A stretch of 64,000 nucleotides of DNA from positions 7,750,001 to 7,814,000 of the forward strand of contig CP075494.1 of NCBI GenBank assembly GCA_021613535.1. Direction: 5' to 3'. The position numbers and the translations under genes are program-made. Positions 25,501-38,700 of this stretch are shown here, one piece after another; position 1 is the first letter of the stretch, and the number at the start of each line of letters is the position of its first letter. This DNA is from Adineta vaga (lineage: Eukaryota > Animalia > Rotifera). The notes under the pieces are model-generated. The model did no database searches. It saw nothing but the letters and a program-made list of their open reading frames with translations, and was not told the origin of the DNA.

Positions 25501-28500
25501 GTTGCAATGCTTCAGCTTCAATATAATCAATTGGAACAAAAACGACATAATCAACTAGAATTGGATCAGTTGTTTTTAATGTTAATAAATATTCATTATG
25601 TGGCGCAGATTCAGTTGTAAGAAGAGTACTATCAGATGCAAATGTTGCTTGACGATCCGATCGTGGTAAATCAATATCAAATGTTTGTGGTGCTGCTGTT
25701 CCCGTTTCTCGTATGGATGCAAAATTAACATGAATCTGTGATAATTTATAATCTACATTGTTACTATCCATAGCTGTTCTATTGTATGTTTTATATCGAA
25801 TTAATAATCGATAAGCCGTTGGTTTCAACAGTTGAATATGTAATTGTACTTCAGATTGTAAAGGTGAATATCTTACATAACCTTTCCATGAGAACTGTTC
25901 AAATTCATCAGTATTAAATTCATAACGAACAGGTGTTTGATGTTTCGCCGTAAGACCATCTTCAAGTTCAAATCGTAAATGATGTAAACTTGGAAAATAA
26001 TGTCCCATAGATGGTTGATTACATTCTCGTCCAACAATAAATGGACGACAAACACATTGTCCCGTATGTTTATCACAAACACTATTTAATGATCCACCAA
26101 GTGAACATCGACATGGTTCACAACCAAAAACATCATCACGCTTTAATGAATAATAACCATCGGCACAGATATCACAACGTGCAGTCGAGTTTTGAGTAGT
26201 TAATTTACATGGACATTGACCTGTAACAGCATCACACGTGTTTAGATGTCCTAATGTACCTGAATCTGAACAATCGCAAGGTTCACATCCTAGAAGAAAG
26301 AAAGAAAGAAAGCAAGAACGAGAGATGTGTACTTTTTTTTGTTATAAAGTTTGTGTTTGTTTTTACCGAGCGGATTTGATGCTTTCATATTCCAAAAACC
26401 TTCTTTGCAACGATCACATTGTCTACCTTCAACATTCTGTTTACATAAACAGAGTACACCTGGAATATTATGGCGACCACAACCTGGAAAATCATTTCGT
26501 ACACCAGCTGGAACACATTTACATTCTTCACAATATGGAAAATTGAATAAGCCTATTTATTTCAAGGAAGAAAAACATGAAATTATCCTTTAATGAAAAT
26601 CAATCTGCATACCTGGTGCACATTCTTGACATTTTTCACCAACGAAATTACTTTTACATACACATTGTCCTGTTGTTTGGTCGCAACTTAAACCTAATGA
26701 CCCATGCATATCACATGAACATGGAACACAATCCGGATAACGAAAATAGCCTTTTAAAAAGAAAATACAACATTAAAGTCTTACATCAATTCTAAAGAAA
26801 GAGTTTATTCACCAGGTGCACATTGATTACACTGTCGTCCACCAAAATTTGGTTTACAATGACATTGACCACGTTGATCACATGCTAGAAAATGTATGGT
26901 ATTAAATCATATTCTTTGCCTTTTGAAATGAAAGTCATAATTTTAACTTTCGACTACAATTTAGGAACGCATTATTTTATCTCTCATGTACTCACCATCA
27001 TAAATCACTCCAGTTGGATCACAAGCACACGGTTCACATGTTGGATGATTGAAAAATCCAGCAGCACAATGTTCACACGTTTGTCCAACAAAATTAGCTT
27101 TACATAAACAAGCACCTGTATCTTTATTACATACTTCGACAGTTGAGCCTAGATAATAATTTATATAAAGATAATTGTACTTTTTTTTCGAAAATTCAAA
27201 AGAAAATATTCTTACCATTGTGATTACAAATACAAGGTAAACATCCTGGATAACTATAATGGCCATTTTTACATGAATGACATGTTCGATTTTGATAATT
27301 CAATCGACATGGACATTGACTAGAAAGATATTTTGAAAAACAAAATAAAATATTCTATTTCTTGTTTGTTTTTTTTATCTCACCCAGTTTCAACATCACA
27401 TATATTTCCATCACTACCGGCTCGTTCACATTGACAAGGAAGACAACCTGCTTTGAAATTATAATAACCCGGTGCACATCGATCACAATAATCTCCATCG
27501 AAGTTCATTTTACACACACAACGACCAGAATCCGGTAAACATTTATGATCTGCTGTACCATTTACTGAACATAAACATGGTTTACATCCAGCGGCATGAT
27601 CAAAATATCCAACAGCACATTCATCACATTCTAAACCAGTAAATTGTGGTTTACATTCACATTTGCCTGTGCCTTCAGCACAAGCACCAGTTGAAACTTT
27701 TAAATTACAATTACATGATTGACACATATCAATATCACTAACTTTCTTGGTGAAATTTCGAAAATATCCGCGAACACATCGTTCACAATTGATACCTTCA
27801 GTATGATGTTGACAATTTAAACATCGACCACCACCGTCATATTTTCCATGTATATCAATACTTAATTTTTGTTCAGCTACTTTTTCATCATAAGTACATT
27901 CTGTTGAATGACCATAACATTGACATGGTTCACATTCAAATGCGCCCGGACCAGAATCACGTGATTGACGCCATTTTTTTTGTACAAATGGTTCACAACA
28001 TTCTTGACAATAATCTCCACAAGTATTATGTCGACAACGACAAACCATTTTATTTGGAGTTTTTGGATGTGGTTTATCACATGATTCAGCATGACCATTG
28101 CATTGACAATGTCCACCAATACCAATATCTCGGATTGAATAGAAATATCGTCTTGTAACTGATTTATCTTGACTATCATGAATAAATGAATGCGTATGTA
28201 ATGTTGTTGGTCGAAGTAATCGTAAGCGAACATTAGTTGCGCGTGTCCATTGTTGTAATGTATCACTATTTGAAAAATTTTTGATATTTGGTCGATCATT
28301 AATTAATGACACAACCATTTCACCTCTAAGAAGAACGAACATATTTTCAAAATAAAATAAAAAAATGTGATCATTTGATATTCACCCTTCTAATGGTATA
28401 CGACTGGCATATTTCGTTTCACAAACAACATCATCATCTCGTACAAATGAACGATTATGAGATGGTTCAACACCAAATACTGTTCGACATTCAATATCAT

Positions 28501-29086
28501 TAGCAAAATAATACCATGTTGAAAATGTTTTTCCATAATCAATTGAACGTTCTAATGACCACAAAGCTGGTCGAGGAGAATTTGCCATTCGAATATAAAT
28601 ATATGCAATATGATATTCTTGACCAAGATCAATGGTAATATTCACTTTTTGATATTCAAGACCGCGTGATAATGGTGGAGACTAGAAGAGAAGAAGAAGA
28701 AGAAAAAAAAAGATTTGTTTCGTTATTCAATTTCTTCATTTTCATTTTACCTGCCACCATCGATCCGTACCATCAATAGTATAATTAACAATATGTTTCT
28801 TATCTGGTACACTAGGATCACAATAATCACAATATTGTCCATAGATTAAATTGGAGTCTTTATAATCTTTTTCATACGGTGATGAACCAGTTAATTTACA
28901 ATATAATTCTTTTTTATTTTTTATTTTATTTCGATTTTGTTTATCAATAAATTCGCCACATGTTGATGTTGCTGATACAGTAATATGTTTTTCTCGAGCA
29001 AGATTTAAATAAGGTGGTCTTAAACTTTCACTTGAACATGTTGCAATAAGCCATCCAAGCAAGAAGAAAAGTTCGCGCACAGACAT
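16550..29086 (-). CDS. Laminin alpha chain, alpha-3/5 (LanA/EPI-1) type
   Basis: Signal peptide followed by LRPPYLNLA, LN domain (IDGTDRWWQ|SPPLSRG, MANSPRPALWSLERS), many laminin-EGF repeats, L4a (GHYFPSLHHLRFELEDG), L4b (YWSAPRHYLGNKILSYGGNL), a coiled coil, and five LG domains ending SCPTN*. Confidence 0.96.
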
Positions 29087-29588
29087 TGTTCAATTACACA
29101 AACTGAACGTTGATGTCTACACTGAGACGATAACGCGTATATAAAGAGAAGGCACAAGAGAACCTCAATGACCCGTATATATCACAATGCGTAACTTACT
29201 CTTACGCTGACCAGTAAAGAAAAGAAAAGAATAAGACCGATGATGGTCGAGAATACGAGAATATCGCCGACGTTGTCGCTGCGCTTCACTTATCGTTGAG
29301 AGAAAGAGCCGTATGTATTAAACGTATATTTTTTTCTCATAAAGCTTGTACTTTACATTTTTTTTCTCTTCTCTTTCTCTCTCACTAACGATAATAGTAA
29401 GGCGAAAAAAGAATGAATACACATCTAGTTCGATTGAATGACCGATATCGAATGATGCAACAGTTGTTGGTGATATCACTCTATACTGATTATACATAAA
29501 ATATTTAAACTTTTAACAGGACAAGAGAGATCACATATAAAAAAAAGATAATACAATAGGTTTTTTGTTGAAAAAGACAAGACACAAG

Positions 29589-31156
29589 TTAATAAAAGTC
29601 ATGCATCATTACTACGGTTTCATTGGCGAAACTAACACCTTGATGTGATGATGGTTTAAATGGTGAACGAGGTTCTAAATTAGTTGGAATTCGATTAATA
29701 CGAGATAAATCGGATGGACGTCTTTTTGTTCTAAGCGAAGTGAGTTCTTTACGTGAAATTGCTGCTTCTGATGTTGATGATGATCGTACATTGAAACAAC
29801 AAGAATAAATTGAATAGAATTCTCGTCGAAAACTACGATTAATATAATTATAAATCACTGGATTCATACATGCTGATAACGATGAGATTAAATAACAAGG
29901 AATTAAATATCCATAGAAAGATTGTGAATATGAAGTAATTTGACTATGTTCTAAATAAATTTGTACAATAGTTAATGGTAACCATGAGATAGTAAAAAGA
30001 ACTGCAACACAAATAAGTAATTTTCTACTTCGATGAAATCGTCGTTTCGTATGTGATTGACATTTTAATAAGTGTTGATGATCAACGACATTCAATGCAT
30101 TTGAATGTTCATTAACTTCGTCATTTGTATGAATTGTTGAACGAAAACACGATAAGAAATTCGATGATTTATGTTCATTTGTTATGATTGTTGGTGATGA
30201 AGACCCATCGCAACTTGTCGCTTCTAATTCTGTTGTTTCTTCTGTTAAATTATAAGATTTTTTTCGATTGCGTTTTATTGAATTACGTGTTGAACAAGGA
30301 CGTTTCTGATATGAACGCATACGAATCATTCGCCGTTGAAGAAATCGACTTATAGAATAACAACTGACCGATACAAATAAAAACGGAACTAAATATTGTA
30401 CAGTAATGACCAAATAAGCAAATACTCTCGTACTTAAATCAGGTTTCGAAACACAATAAACTCTATTCATTTGACATGGATATTGTAGCATTGAATGTCC
30501 ATTCAATGAAATATTTCTTGTAGTGGAAGTATTTTGTAACTGTTTCAATATTTCTTGAAAATTCTGTGGAAAAATGGCTACCATACTTCGAGAGATAAAT
30601 TCTGGTAATGCAATAATAATTGAAACAAGCCAAAGTAAAATTAATGTTACAATTGTACAACGACGGTCAAATTTACGTTTATTAACTATGAAAAACCATC
30701 GTTCAACAGCAATAACAGCGACTGTAAATGTTGATACTAATGCTGTAACAGTTGGAGTGAAATGAACAAATTTACAAAGAAATGCATCGACGACCAGATT
30801 GTCGAATAAAACGGTGAATAGAGTCATTGGAATTGAGACACATAACACGATTAGGTCGTTTAAACCTAAAAAAAGGAAAGAAAGAAAAAGCTGAAGTCTT
30901 CAGCAATAATAAAAACAAATGACTTACATAGATTCATCAGAAATGTATTCGTAATCGATCGTAATTTTTTTTGTTGAAAAAATATAAGGCAAACACTAAT
31001 ATTTCCGAAAACACCGAAGCAGAAAAGTAAGAAATACGCAACATATATAAGAATTGTTATAGTAAGAGAAAAGCGAAGTTTAATCAGTGATTTTAATGGA
31101 TGAACTGAACCAACACTTGAACAAGCACGATGAAAATTGGTTTGATTGGAATCCAT
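29589..31156 (-). CDS. Class A GPCR, neuropeptide Y/F / RFamide receptor-like
   Basis: GVFGNISV, LRSITNTFLMNL|CLNDL, CKFV, IAVERW, QYLVP, ISWLP, NPVIY. Seven hydrophobic segments, a long third intracellular loop, and one intron at 30866-30927. Confidence 0.88.
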
Positions 31157-32560
31157 TAATTGTATTAAGTCATATGATACTCAGCAATCTACAAGAGAAA
31201 CGTTCGCGTTCAACTTCTATATAAGTATTCGTTTGAACTTATGACTTATTGACCTATTTCTTCCCGAGAACGATGATTTGATTTAAAACTCATGAAAGAT
31301 TTTAATTCATGTGTGAAATAGATGATGCTTCTTTCATTTTCTCTTCGAAAAAAATCAACATTTCCTCTTTTAATAACACGATATAAATAGAGCGTATTCT
31401 AATACTATGACTACGCTTTCATTTTCATAGACGGAAAAAACGTGATCAACCCAGTAATTTCTTCTATGATGCTTATTCTATCAGAAAAAAAAGAGGTATT
31501 TCAAAAGTATATCCTGTTTGATTATATATCGTTGAAAGTTTTCAACTTAATTTACGCTGCAAAGTGGAATAAATATCTAACTACTTTAAATTCTTGAAAA
31601 TAATTACTATCGACAATAATACGTCTGCGTATATATTGTGATCTATAGTTCAAAATTAAGCAAAAAAAAACCTCAAGTAAAAAGATAATAATAACTGAAA
31701 ATTTTAACATGTATACGTCCGATTACTACTCTTGAATCTGTTATTCATGAGGAAAGTTGTTTGTCACATAGAGAAGAAAAAAATAGCACAATTTTCTATT
31801 TAATTTATCTCAATAATAATAATAATAATGACGTTTTCATCAAACCGAACATCCTTCTAAGAGATAAGACGAAGCCAAGGAAAAAAAGCATTATCCATTG
31901 AAAACAACTTCTTGGCAAGCTTCTTCCAACTGTTTCTATTTTTCCTAATACAATGTGACGCTGAAAGTGTTTTATTCAAACTTAATATTACTCAATAATA
32001 AGCTACTATTCACTGAGAAAACAATATTTTCAATTAGATTCATTTGTTTCCTATTGAATGACTTACCGGTGCATATATATATATATATATATATATCTTC
32101 TCTAAGTTCATTATTTTTGTCTAAAGAGAATATCTCTATGCTGTAATTTATGATTATTATTCAAGTCATAAGATCGATGAAATCGATTCCCAGGAAAATA
32201 ATAGTTATATGATTTGCTTTTCCTCTTCTACTCATATATAAAAAAAAAATAAAACGAGGAAAAAGATAATTATTTTTTAGATCAATCGATTGGATATGAA
32301 ACTCTCAAGATAACAAGAGTTTCTTACAAGTAGACGTAATACAATAGCTAGTCACTCTTTTATTAATCATATATTGACGTTAAAAAAAGAAATAATAATA
32401 ATAATAGAAACATTTGACTTCTCTCCTACGACTTACTGAACTGAGATCTACTAACACAATGAAAGAACGACACTAATACGGATAACAGACAACAACATGT
32501 TTTTCTCTCTTTCTTTTTTTCCCCTTTCCTATTATATAGTAAGATAATGAATCGTGAAAA
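31157..32560 (-). other. Putative spliced 5'UTR of the NPY-like GPCR
   Basis: Minus-strand acceptor TTTCTCTTGTAG near 31190, donor GTAAGT near 32066, acceptor TTCTCTTTAG near 32121, donor GTAAGT near 32436. No coding potential. Confidence 0.35.
32073..32096. repeat. (AT)12 microsatellite
   Basis: Read directly from the sequence. Confidence 0.95.
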
Positions 32561-35500
32561 GAAAAACAAAATTCATCATTTCTATTTATATTGTTTTTTC
32601 TCTTTAAGATACTTTTGAAGATGAAAAAAATTAATTGATTTTCTTATGTTTATAAAAAACATCGTCATATGACACAGTGATAACGTCATCCATATTTTAT
32701 ATATGAATAGATGATGAATAGCTAAATAAAGCACAAAAGATGTTTAACATCATCAATATTTGCAAGAAAATCTCATCTTATCCTTTAGGCGAGATAAATA
32801 TATGAGAAGAAAAGTTCTCATCTATTTCTGTTTATCTCAAAGGTATTCTGATAAATAATGATTGTCTTTTATCTTGAAGACAATTAAAGTTTGTTTAAAA
32901 TGATCTTACAAAGTTTTGGTGAATATATTTTGAATTTTCAAAGCATCTTTCAATCTTTTAGCATGAATAAAAGCACTTTTCCTACTTTAACATATCAAAC
33001 TACTTATGAATCTTTTTAAATAAAAGAGATATGTAAATGCTTGGAGAAAATTAATGAGAGAATCTCATAAAAAAATATATTCTTCTTCGTCTCATTTAGG
33101 TATGTCTGGAATAAAAACGTTGAAAGAGTTAGTACTTATCGAGAAAAGATTAAAACCATGTAATTAAATTGACATGAATAGAAACTATTAGTGCCGGATT
33201 TTTATGCAAGAAAAACATCGCTAAAAGCATTAGTACCTGGAAATAAAACATTAAAGTTGGATTATATAAAGCTATAAAATAAAAAATACTCCTTATTGTA
33301 AGGATTTACCATAAAATAAATTTCGTTTTTCTTCGATGAAATCCTATTGGGAATTCATCTTTTCTGTGTAGAATTGGAAATTCAGTACACAGATGTATTC
33401 TTTTAATACGTCGCGTTAATATAGAAAACACATACTTGAAAATGTTCAATAGAAATTTTGTCTGATTTTTCGAGAAATAGATTGCTGGAGTTCTTTCTTT
33501 TGTCAACGATAATTGTCAGATCAAGGCATTATATAGATAGATATTAAATGATTCATCAAAACATAAGACAGGCAAACGTCTGCATTTATATTTTCCAATT
33601 CTCTAATTACTTCTTCTCGAGTTTTTCTTTATCCTATCGATATGATCTCTATTCATGTTATTTATTCATTCTATTGATGTCCTTAGATATACAAGTCAAT
33701 AGCCACTGTAATTAAATTGATCACAGACTAGAAGAATACTTTCGTATTAATAATAAAATTTCCTGCTTGAGTATCTTTCTGTCTTATCATTTGATCATTC
33801 TTCATGCGTAAAATTCATCTATATCTTACGAAAACTAATTCAACCGACATGGAAAGACTTTAAGTATAGTTTAAAATATTCCCGAATAGAATTCATATCT
33901 TTCATGCTGAATTTAATACAAATTTAGGAAAAAAGCGGTTTGTATCATCAACTTAGTCTATAATTCAATATGTTGAGAAAATGACGCATCTTGAATAATG
34001 GGTGACATCATCAGTGAACCTTATTAAATAGTGGTTCGAGGAGTAAATCCTTAGTACTCACGAATACTTATATCATATCTTTAATATAGCCGACAAAACT
34101 CTTTAGAAGTATGGAAGCTTATTCATTCGATAAAAAAAACCTGTTCGTTGATGATTTTAACATTACTGCAAGCTTTACATGATGATAAAATCATTTCATT
34201 GTCTGAGTCGAAGTTTGATATAATAGAATTGTCGCTTATTTTTATCAGTTCTAATACAATTTGTTAAATTCTATTATTAAACTTCTTAGTTTCTTCAAAT
34301 AAAGAAAAAAATATCTAAATTTTTAATCTAATCAAATCTTATTCACATATTATTGATAAATTCTATTGACGGATTGCAAAATGGGATGAATCATTTATTG
34401 TTTTATACTTACTTATGCTCCGACAAAGAGTACTTCAATCTTCTTTATTCTATAAATATACAAATGTAATACGAACTATTTCTTTCCTTAACTGTTGATT
34501 TGTCTCCAATCTAAGATTCATATGAAAAAGATAGGATATTGAGAAATAGAATCATTTGTTGTACTTGATGTCACCTAGTTGAAATCGATCTAGACAATAA
34601 TGATAATCTATTATTTCTTTCAAATTATTAATCTTTTAAACGTGAATTACATGTTGAATACTTTCTCCACTAATCTTTATGTTCATCAATTACAGTGTAA
34701 AACGTTTCACGAACAGACTTGTAACCATCTTTAATTTTACAATAATTAAAGCATCGATAAAATTTCACATGAAGAACTTTGGGATCGTGACTTATCCTAT
34801 GTTCTAATATATTTTCTGTTTAAAAGAGTTCTGTTAAGATCTACAATGAACGACTTTGTCTTTTATTGATCATGTATATAGATAAATTCTTGTAGGATGA
34901 ATAAGAATTAGTTGTAAAACTGATTATAAATATTACTTTATTTGATTGATGACATTTTGTATGTCAAGTATTATTGAATAAAGAAGTAGGACACAAGATG
35001 AAATTTCGTCTTTTGATTTAATCAAATAAACAATTTCTTCTATTGAGAACTTTATTATAACATATCCTATTTCCTATTTCATGCGTATCTAATTCGAAAT
35101 CTTCAACATATTAACGGGTAAGATTTACGATGAATGTTAACACATTTTATTTAGATATTAAATTAAAAATATATATTAAAATTCTTATCATCAAGAGATT
35201 TTCATAGATCTTTTATCAGATTGGTATTAATAATAAAGCGATCTCTGTTGTTTATGGTAGAACAATGTCCAAATGTTCTCAGAAAAATTCGGTTAAGTTG
35301 CCATATAAAGTAGATCTCATTACTTTTTTGTTCTTTTTTTTTTATAAACAAACCTACTTGTTAAATGAAACATTCTATAGATAAGAGAAGTTGAAGACTA
35401 CACGCGTTTTTGTCATCTTACGATAGTTTTTAATAATTATATAGTCTATAAATAAATATGATATTACTGATAAAGTACACGAAACTATTCTACTTGATAT

Positions 35501-35792
35501 TTAATAATAACATTTATGGAAATTCTTATTCTCTATTTCAAAGAAAATATTATCATATTCATTAGAGAATGAATTATTCAATTGTTCAACCGATAATTTA
35601 TTAGTATTCATTGGAAATAAATAACTTTTTCTTTTCACACATATATATCACACGAAAATGTAGCATTTGAAATCATAAAATTTATCATCTTTTTTGTACA
35701 ATTTATGGAGATAATTGTTATGAATTCTATCATATTCACTTATGTACCATCTAACATCAACCCATTTATTTAGTTGTGAATATAAGTCATTT

Positions 35793-38700
35793 TTACGAGC
35801 CTAAGAAAACAAAAACATATTTATTAATGAGAAACAATACGATTGAACTATCGAATATTACTTATTCGAACACGAGGATATGCATGGCTAAGTAATTCTC
35901 TAGCTGATCGACGTTCTTCTAAATCGGCTTTTAAACATAATTCAATAAATTCATAGGCTTCAGTTTGTGGTTTTAATTCATCAGGTATTGGTGGTCCCTT
36001 TTTTGCTAATAATTGATTTTGTATATAAATTGCATCGAATGGACGTGTCACATTTGTCCATGGTAACTAAATATATAAATAACAACTTGTCTAAAACAAA
36101 GCTTTCTTATCGTTTCAAACTTACTTTTCCTGTTAACATTTCGATAATTGTACAACCAAGTGCCCAAATATCAGATTTACAATCATATACAAGTTCAGGT
36201 GGTTTGAAGTCTATTAAGATAATCAAAATATGTTTCGAAAAAAAAAACTTTTCTCTTGATAGTATTTTGTATCATATTCTCAGTTTATATAAACATATAC
36301 GAAATCAATTTCTATAATGTCAATGAAATTTGATCATATTTTAAGTAACTTACAAATCGTTCCTTTTTGAGTACTTCGTGCGTCATTACCATTTGTTGAA
36401 GCCGATTGTAATTCTAGTCGATGTGATAAATTAAAATCCTAAGGCGAAAAAAAAACAACGTAAAACTATTCGAATATGTTATTCATTTCAATTGACATAC
36501 GCCTAATTTGACGATATATTTTCCATCTTCATTTGCAATAAAAATATTATCACCCTTAACATCACAATGTACGATATTATTTTCATGTAGAACCATCAAT
36601 GCATTTAATAATTGTTTAACAAAACCACGCACATGTTCATTAACATCAAGTAAACAATGAAAACCTTTGTCATCATTACTTAGATTATCCTCTTGTTCAC
36701 TTGAATCACTCCAGAAAACACTTGTTTTTCTTTTAATATGTGCACGTTTTTGAAATGCTCGAATATCATTTAGAAATTCATTGACTGTTGACAAACAATA
36801 TTCCATACAAATATAAATTGTTCTCTAAATATGAAAAATATCTTTGTTTTTCTCGAAACAAAACTTTTGTTTTCTCTCATCTTACTTTGTATCTTTCAAT
36901 TCCAAAATATCGAACAATATTCGGATGATTTATCGACATAATCATATCGATTTCTTCAGCAATACCTCGAAGTTTTTCCGGATAAACATTTGGTAATGAA
37001 CGGGAAGCGATAGATGATAAAAGAATTTCTTTCATACAAACAATTGAACCATTTGATGAATTAATTGCACGAAATGCAACACCAGCACCACCTTGTCCAA
37101 TCCGTGTACCACGTCGCCATGGAAAATCAATATTACGTGTTTTTAATGAAATAACAGGATCCGGTGTTGCACCACTTGTCAATGTTGTCGCATCAAAAAT
37201 ACGTCCAATTAGTTTTCGTTCTCGAAATTTTTTTTCTAATTCATTTTCAAGTTTTTTTATTTTATGTGCAATTCGTTCGCGAGGTGTAAGCATCATTGAT
37301 GTAATTGTTTCACTAATACGTCCTCCACTAGGTACACGATGATGTCCACCTAAGAAATATAGAACGTCATCTCATACTGAGAAGATACAGATATTAATAT
37401 TTACTAGCACTGGAAGAATTTCGTGGTCGGCCAATATAGTTTGATGAAGAACTATTTGATCGAACTAGAAGAAAACAGAGTTAACATAAACGAAAATTAA
37501 TCAGTATTTGAATCAACAGAAACTAATATTCCACATAAGCAATATATAACTTATCGCTTACCGAGACCTATATTTCGGCAAAGACATTCATTTACAAAAC
37601 TAACATCTTATCACAGAGAGAAAATACATGATATAAGAGTAGAATTTTCAATGAAATTTACCTTTTAAATGAGGTGAATTTGAATTATCTTTTACATTTC
37701 CATATAAAGCATCGAATGCTGCTGGCATTTCCTTTAATAACTTTTTATAATCTTCATCAGATAATAATTGTAAATGTGTTGATTTTGCTAAGAAACGAAG
37801 AAAAACAAGGCCAGGTGCTGCCCATTTCGGTCTAAATTAGAATAGAATGTTCACGTTTTTAGTCTTCTATGAAATTCATAAATTCATTTTCTTCAAACCT
37901 GAATACTTTATATTTAGCAGTTCTAGCTTGTTGTCCTGAAATATATTTAAACTTTTTTGTTACACAACGACACCATTCACAAAAGAATTCATTCATTGTT
38001 TTAACGAAATTCGTAAAGATATCATCATCATTCTTAGGTGAAATATTTGGTATGAGATCATATAACAAACGAAAAATATCAAAACCAGAACTATAAACAT
38101 ATAGAACAAGATCAACTAATTTTGATTCAATAGTACGTTCATCAAATTTAACAATTTCTGTAAGATAAATTTTCGTTGAATCTTGATCCCAAATTGTATT
38201 TAATGTTCGTACAAGATTCGTCAATTCAGTACTCAATTTTTCAATGTATTCCTAGAGAAAAACAAAAGAATGCAAACTTTGTGTTCTCAAAAAAAATAGA
38301 AATCATTTACCGGTAATTGATCAAATGTGGAACGAATTCCTTCATCTCGCGGTAGTTTTCTTATCAATTGAACATTTGTTAATCCAATATGTGAATGAAA
38401 TAAATTCGCTGCTTGTGTCCATTGATCTGAACGATTTACCACCAAATGTAATGAAGTTAATTCCGTTAAATTCAATGTTAGTTTAGTGATTTCACTCGGT
38501 TGAATGTATAAATAATCTCCATGCCAATGTATATTCTGTCGTTGAAAATGTTTCTTTGGTACGAATACCATATACAATGGAGGAGAATCTTTATTGATTT
38601 CATCAAATGGAATTTGTTGAGTACAGATCATACTCAATAATTTTTCGACTTGTTCTTTGTCTGTTGATAGCCATGGTGGAACAAAGATAAGAAAATTATC

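Noticed and set aside
20164-28299. Many 60-143 aa ORFs overlapping laminin exons on the other strand or frame
   Set aside because: These are shadow ORFs caused by codon bias in Cys-rich repeats.
34030-34052. GGTTCGA resembling a tRNA T-loop / B-box
   Set aside because: No T-stem complement, A-box or cloverleaf around it.
32600-35700. 3-kb gene-free stretch
   Set aside because: AT-rich, with no convincing ORF, repeat unit, splice chain or RNA structure that I could see; probably regulatory or intergenic.
36420-36590. HCDVKG and DFNLS motifs recall plant kinases, suggesting horizontal transfer
   Set aside because: The same gene carries the animal MEKK4 N-terminal domain and many native introns, so divergence is the simpler explanation.
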